Shown here in pieces: positions 57,661 through 64,000 of a stretch of DNA of 64,000 nt. The notes beneath the pieces were generated by a model. That model did not search any database. It saw only the letters and a list, made by a program, of their open reading frames with translations, and was not told the origin of the DNA. Where the stretch lies: positions 1 through 64,000 of the forward strand of contig MU053304.1 in NCBI GenBank assembly GCA_013239625.1. The letters are read 5' to 3'. Origin of the DNA: Lama guanicoe (lineage: Eukaryota). The first letter of the stretch is position 1, and the number at the start of each line of letters is the position of its first letter. A program made the position numbers and the translations under genes.

Positions 57661-60600
57661 ATTCTAGTCACTGACTTCAAGCTGGTTTAACAGGAGAGCT
57701 GGGCCTGGGGCAGAGTCTGGAGCAGAAGCATGCACCAAAAAGGAACTCAGAGCTAGGCCTCTGGGCAAACAGGGCAGATCTCCACCAAGAAGTCCTCGGC
57801 AACAAGGAGTCAGGAGTCCAGGCCTAGAGGCTGGACAGACAGGAGGACAGGGAGAAGCACCGGCAGAGCTCTGTTCCCTCTGCTTAGGGTCAGAAGTGTG
57901 TTCCTGCAGGCCAGCTGGGGAATCAGGCGAGCCCGTGAACTTGGCTGCACGGAAGCTTGTAGGAAAAGCTAAGTCCAGTGCTTGGCTGGGGTGGAGGGCA
58001 GGAGAATGGAAGGGAAAGAACAGATAGTAGCAAATCAGTTTTCAACTGCCTGATGGCCAAGCCGGCATTCTCAGAGCTCAGAAACAGCTCCCTGTTCAAA
58101 GGTACCTCAAACCCAGTACACTGGTATTCATTAGCAAATTTTCTGATTTGGAAGACTGCCGATTTAATGCTGACAAGCAGCAGGTAAGAAACCTGCTGGG
58201 ATTCCCTCCCTGGGTGATGCTTTTGGGGTCTGCACTCATTTCCTTCCACTCTGGCAGATTTCCTTCACTCCCCTCTCGCTAGTGGTAGGGGGTGGCTCAC
58301 AATTCAAGGGGAAAATTAAATAATTTCTATTTTCAACATTTCTACCATTTTCTTATAGCAAAGTGTTAATTTCTATTTTGCACAGGAGAAAAATTTTAAA
58401 ACAGAATGACTTTGTTTCCAATTTTAAAGTGACCCCTTCCAATCAAGTATATCTCATGTAATATACCAAAGCAGCCACGTCCACACTCAGCCCAACCTCA
58501 GCTTTTCCCGTGTGCCCCCTTGTTCTGTTTCTGTCTCTAGTTCCTCCATGAGACATGAAGGTACTCTGAGGGCTGGGAGCTGGGACCACGTTTTGATCTC
58601 TGTCCCAAAATCTAGTGTAGTACTTGGTACCTGGTAGATATTTTGAAAAATGTAAGAAATTAAAAACATAAGTCAAAAGGCATGTTCTAAAATTACAAAA
58701 TACTTTTAAAGCTCTTAAATTCTCTTTAGTTAAAAAATGTTGTTATGTGCTATTTAAGTGGGAATGGAAGAAGTGTTACAAAACAACAGTGTCACAATAA
58801 TATCATTCTTTAAAAATGTAAGGATTTCTTGAGGAATAACAAACAGGGCCACACCTCTCAGTTCTAGACTGTAAAATGGGCACAGTGTCCTTGAGCACCC
58901 ACTGACCTCAAGACATCTCGAGTGCTAGGACAGCCTGGAGCTCACCTCTTCTGGACCAGCACCACAGATTTATGAGTGAGAAAGAAACTGCCCCAAGGGA
59001 TCTGCCTTCTACACAGCTGATACTCAAGAATGTAGGCAGGGAGGGAGAAGAAGGGATTAAAAAAACAAAACTACAAAATGAAATGACTGAAAACCTCTGA
59101 CGTACTGCACCAGGCGCCTAGAGGAGAGACGGGGAAAGAGGCCTGAGATATGTGGAGAAGGAGGCAGCCTATGCGAAGCAGGCTTCCAGAGGAAGTGGGT
59201 TATGTGGGACTCGGAGGATCAAGTGGAGGCCCAGACTATTCGAAGGCGGGGAAGGACCAGTGAGTAAGGCAGATGGGCTGGTGGGAAACAGGGAACACAA
59301 AACACAGGCCACATCACAGAGGGCCTCCAAAGCCAGGAGGTGTTTGGATCTGATGGAACAATCCTGTAGTTCTCAAAGGCTGATCTGAGATCAACAAAAT
59401 GAGAGAAAAGCTTTCCACAAAGCTCAACCAGGTCAAAGTAAAAGATTGCCCTGAACTATGAAATTATGTCTCTCCTTTGTTTTGGTGCTAAAATGTTTTT
59501 ATTTATAAAATCATGGAGATGGTAGATGGCAATTGGCTTTTAAAGAAAACCCTTTTTGGCAAAATAAAACCTGGCAACCCTATACCTATCCCAGGATATA
59601 TATGGAAATCTTACTGCCCATGAAATTTGCTTCCGGAGACTGCAGGTTCTTGAGTGACGTGAAAGCGCACCAGGGGAAGGTAGGCCTGGCGGCGTTGTTT
59701 AAGACAGACAGCTAATAGAACAGAAGCAGAGTCCCCCGCTTGCAGCACCACGAAAATCGAAATTTACTGGGCTTGCCCCAAGCAGCAGTCATGGTTGAAA
59801 TCTAAGGATCAGCTGCAAGGGCTCCCTTTCCCCAACGCAGGTTTTACTAACGTCAAAGGATTCCATGTCTCTTATGTAGCTGTTTGGCTCACATTCGAGT
59901 GACGTGGGATGTGACATGGGGGCAGGGTGAGGACGTGCAGAGTGTCCTGTGAATAGAAAGGGGAGAGTCCAAGAGCTTCCTAATCATGAGTTCAATTACC
60001 CAAAAGACAGAGTCCTGGAGGAGCCAAATCTGTCTGTCAAGGCCACTAACCTGAAAGGCTTGCATCTTAGAACAAAGGGCACCAGCCACTACCCTGCTCT
60101 ACCTCCATGTTTCTTATCTGTTATCCTGCCAGAGTGAGAGCCCTTGGTCTCGATTCCCTGTCCCCTGGAAGTGCTAGGGACTTGAATTTGAGTCATCTGG
60201 GCACACTCTCAGCCGTGCTGTGAGTTCTCGTCTCAGACAGCCCAGCAGCGACTACACAGAACCTCTGTCTTGTGGAAACCATTTCTATCAAAAGCAAAAC
60301 CAGGCTCTGATCAGAATTCACAGGGGGAGCATCAGCCTGGGATTTCTACTGTGGTATGCAAATCATTTCCATCTCATCATGGGGGTGGGGGATAGCAGCT
60401 GATGGTAGCACACCCAGAATGTTCGACACTTTTTGAGAGGCAGGCGAGGGGATTTGGTGCCTTGCCCACCTTTCCATGACAGCCAGTCAGGTCTCTCACC
60501 AGCCTGAGCATCTCCATTCCCGGGGTGGCACACTGCAGGGGCTTCTTTGCCTTCCCTGGAGAGCCTCTTCTGCCAGGCTCCAGAGCAGCACAGCTTGGTC

Positions 60601-63394
60601 TGAGGATACAGGGGTGAGCACGGAAGTGCTCAGGGCGCCTCAGAAGCACTGCCAGCCCCCTGGGGTGCTAACACTTCCTGGCCCCTCACACCTGTCCAGG
60701 CAGCCCCACCTTGAGAAAGTCCTCATTAAACCTTATTCTAAACTCTGGATGCCCTGGCAGGTAATCAAACACCCAATCCTTTTATTCAAAAGAGAAGGAA
60801 ACCTCTCTGATTCATAACATGCACTTAATTCTCTTACATAAACACACCTCTCTTCTAGAGCTACAGTCCTCCCAGATCACAATTAGCATCGTTTTTAAAA
60901 AAAGACCAATAACTACAGAGATGTGTAGAGACCTTGAGACATCTGGCTAAAAACGAGCACTAGGGCAGGGGCTGGGAATAGAAGGATGAACAGATATTGT
61001 CCTTACCCTTAAGAAACTCACAGTGTCAGAGAAGGAGACAGGGAAGCAAATGGAAAATAACAAGGCAATGTGAAAATGTGACCAAGACAGGTGACAGGTG
61101 TAAATAAAGTGCTCAGGGAACCCTAAGTGGGAGGGATGGATGAGTTGGCCAATGCAAGCAGCAGGACATAGAGGCTGAGGCAGAGCTCTTCCCTTCTGTC
61201 AGAAATGAGCCCGGATACAGAAACAGAAGGCAAGTGAAAAGCTTCTAGAGGTGGGGTAGGAGCCAAGTTTACTTTCTAAAATTACATAAAAAGCAGTTTT
61301 CAGAATTCTGCTGAGGACCTACACTGGCCATTCCCACCAAAAGCAGAAGCATCAGCGACTGGTCTTCACCAGCAGCCACTGCACGAGAGGGCACCTGGTA
61401 GTGAAGGCCATCCTAGGACTATCCGGGGGCCTGGTCTCGTAGAGGGCACCTTCTCTCTCTGCCTCTGGCTACCTTCTGCTCCCTCTGGTCACCCCAGTCA
61501 GACCTTCTTTTTACCACATGAACTTCTGTTCCAAATATGCTTGAGCCGGCTCAAGCTGCCTTCTCTAACCCAAATTTTATCAGTAATAGATGGAATATTT
61601 TGACCTCGGTCTGACTTGTGTGTTTATTTCTCAAGAGGTTCAGAACACAGAAGGGAGAGGAATGTGAAGGAATATACCCCTCGAATCTCAAAACGGTGGG
61701 CATTTCATGCCTTTCAGCTCTTCTTCACCAACCCTGGCCTTCACTTTGATCACCATGTGGTTCAGGGCTTCCCTTCCCAAGCAGCCTTCTTTCACAAACC
61801 CCATGTGCCTAAGAACTATCAGGCTGGGTATTCCTTTAGTCCTGTGTCAATTCATATATACCAGCCCCCCACACCCTGCCCTTTTTAAAATCTTACTGGA
61901 GTTTCTTGTAAGTACACAGAGTTCTTCACAAATTCACTAAGCAACTTTAGTGTAGAAAGTTTGTCTTCCTAAGGCTCCTTCACAGAACTATGAGCAGCAC
62001 TCGTAACAAGATAGGAACTCAAGAAATATCTGTCCAGTGAGGGTTGGAAATCATGACTGAGTCTGCTTTTTTAACAACTTCCGGAATAATACTACATGCA
62101 TTCCTTCTAATTTTTGAAAATTATGAGTAAATGATGATGTGACATGCCTAAAGGAAGGTGAGCACATGAAAAGTTATAAAGTTTAGGGCTATAATAACAA
62201 GCTGCTCAGCAAAGTTACTCTGGTACTTAATGATACATGTTAGATTTTATGTGTATGCTAACAAGCTACAAACGGTGATCAGCTCCTACAAGTGGGTGTA
62301 ATTAGTGTTACTTATACACATCTAGGTCAAGTTTTCAAGTCCTGTCTCTTGTTCATGCCTTGGGATGCATAAATGTGGATTGTTTTCCCTGAGTCCAGAT
62401 GAAATTAAAGTGCGATAACTGAATCAATTTCTCTCAAAGGCAAGACTTCCATACCCCATGACTGGGAATTCCTGCGCTCCCAGTGTTCCCTGAAAGCTAG
62501 AGACTCCACTCTCCTCCAGAGGTCACCCTAGGAAGCCTCGGTGCTGAATGGCTCAAAACAGCACAGATTCTTGGCTGTGGATTTATTTATAAATGAGGCG
62601 GAGAGATTGAAATGAAAATTTTGCTAATATGATTATTATGAAACTGGTAACTGAGAAAAAGGGGAAAATCTGACAGGATGATAAATACTCTTCAAGCCTC
62701 CCTGATTCTAGAACTATCTCCACGGCTGAAGTAATGCACTGTCTGTCAACATTTAACTGGAAGCCCTGAATTTCTAGTAAAAGCCTTCTTATGCTGTTTA
62801 TCATTACCCTAATTCTTACGGTGGCAGAGATCACATAGAGAAATTCTGTTCTCTTTGGTCTTAGTGCAGTTGGATTTCCTTATAATTATTCATGTCAGGC
62901 CAGCTCAAACAATGCCTGGAAGCTATACACAGGAGGTAAGAGCAACAAAAAACACTAGTAAAGTTACAAATGTTCTCCGAGGATGGGAAAAAGCAACAAT
63001 AGTTCTCAGCACCATTTCAAATACAATGGGTTTCTTATTGAGTTTAACAAGCACAAAGAAGGACTTTAGTTTGGGGCGGGAGCTCACCCTTCAGTCTCAA
63101 TGTTAGCAAGAGTTTAGCAAGAAGCTTTTAACCACGTTTCTCAGTCATTTTACATTTTAAGACCCTTATTAGTATTTTTTTTATAACGGCTAATGCAAAC
63201 AGGAATAGTCTATAGTTTAACATACTGAACAATATGAAAGATGAAGAAATAATCCAAGACAGAGTCACTGGGACATTTCAGGAGCCCTAGCCCAACTGTG
63301 AGAGAGAGAGACAGAGAGAAAGAGAAAGAGAAAGGGAGACCTACTCCCAGCACACAGGCAGAGAACTCCTGACAGGTATTTCTGTCACAGGTGC

Positions 63395-63930
63395 CCTTAT
63401 CCACAGGCGACTGGAAAGAGGATAAATTGGTATGATCTTTCTGGAAGGGAATGTGGCAATGTTTCAAAATTCTAAGTATGTCTTTATTTCTGACCTTATC
63501 ATCACAGTTCCAGGACTGGCCTAAGGAAACAACCAGAGATCAAGGTAAAGATTTATGAATAAAGATGGCCACGGCACTATTTACAGTATCAAAAAACCAG
63601 AAATTAAATATTCACAACTGGGGCATGGTTAAATGTTTAAGAGCATACTTGTATGATGGAATATTATTACATAGGCATTATAATATTTTAAAGAATTTTG
63701 AGTGACATGGGAGAAAGCATTCTATAACATTAAAATTATATGTATGTTATGCTGACCACTCCTCCCTCCTGCCATGAAGTGACAAAGGGGAGATTAATGA
63801 AAAATCATAATATACCAAAATATTAACAGTGGTTATTTCTCGGTAACGGGATTATAAGTGATTTTGATCCTTCTTTATACTCTTGTATTTTCTAAATTTT
63901 CTAACCCTAGAATATACTCACATGCTTTTC
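63395..63930 (+). mobile_element. Ancient L1 (L1ME-like) 3' fragment
   Basis: Motifs taaattggtatgatctttctggaaggga, ataaagatg..cacggcactattt and accaaaatattaacagtggttatttct. Heavily decayed. Confidence 0.6.
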
Positions 63931-64000
63931 TATAAGCACAAGAATATATTTTCGCTTTTAAAATCGGATTTAAAGCTTCCTTTCCAAGGAAAGAGTGGGG

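Noticed and set aside
38518..64000. Further upstream DIS3L2 exon (eq. exon 13, ...FGRTIIRSC...ALRLDQ)
   Set aside because: I could not find it by eye on the minus strand. It probably lies beyond the window end, since this intron is long in human.
1..64000. CRISPR arrays, operons or prokaryote-type defence or mobile systems
   Set aside because: The sequence is clearly mammalian (spliceosomal exons, LINEs and SINEs). I saw no regularly spaced repeat-spacer array or gene-dense foreign segment.

Overview
This is mammalian genomic DNA, probably camelid (inferred from two camelid-type tRNA-derived SINEs). The window holds the 3' half of DIS3L2, the RNase II/RNB-family 3'-5' exoribonuclease that degrades oligo-uridylated RNA, on the minus strand. 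I mapped eight coding exons by hand (human-equivalent exons 14-21, numbering from memory): 38438-38517, 9939-10122, 9105-9191, 6251-6398, 5728-5858, 5451-5555, 3955-4056 and 3071-3280. All have GT-AG boundaries and consistent phases, and they splice into one open frame of 1047 nt (348 aa plus stop). A poly(A) signal lies at 2785-2790. Everything from 38.5 kb to 64 kb is the preceding intron, and the upstream exon is not in the window. The introns carry L1, L2, MIR, MLT2 LTR and SINE remnants. The notable items are a perfect, recent-looking U6 snRNA retrocopy with target-site duplication, an apparently exact 744-bp tandem duplication, a possible 1-nt frameshift altering the DIS3L2 C-terminal tail, nested L1/LTR insertions, and a compact CRE/CCAAT/GC-box cluster beside exon 14. 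Nearly all ORFs in the track are GC-rich noise. I do not see convincing evidence of a new biological system.
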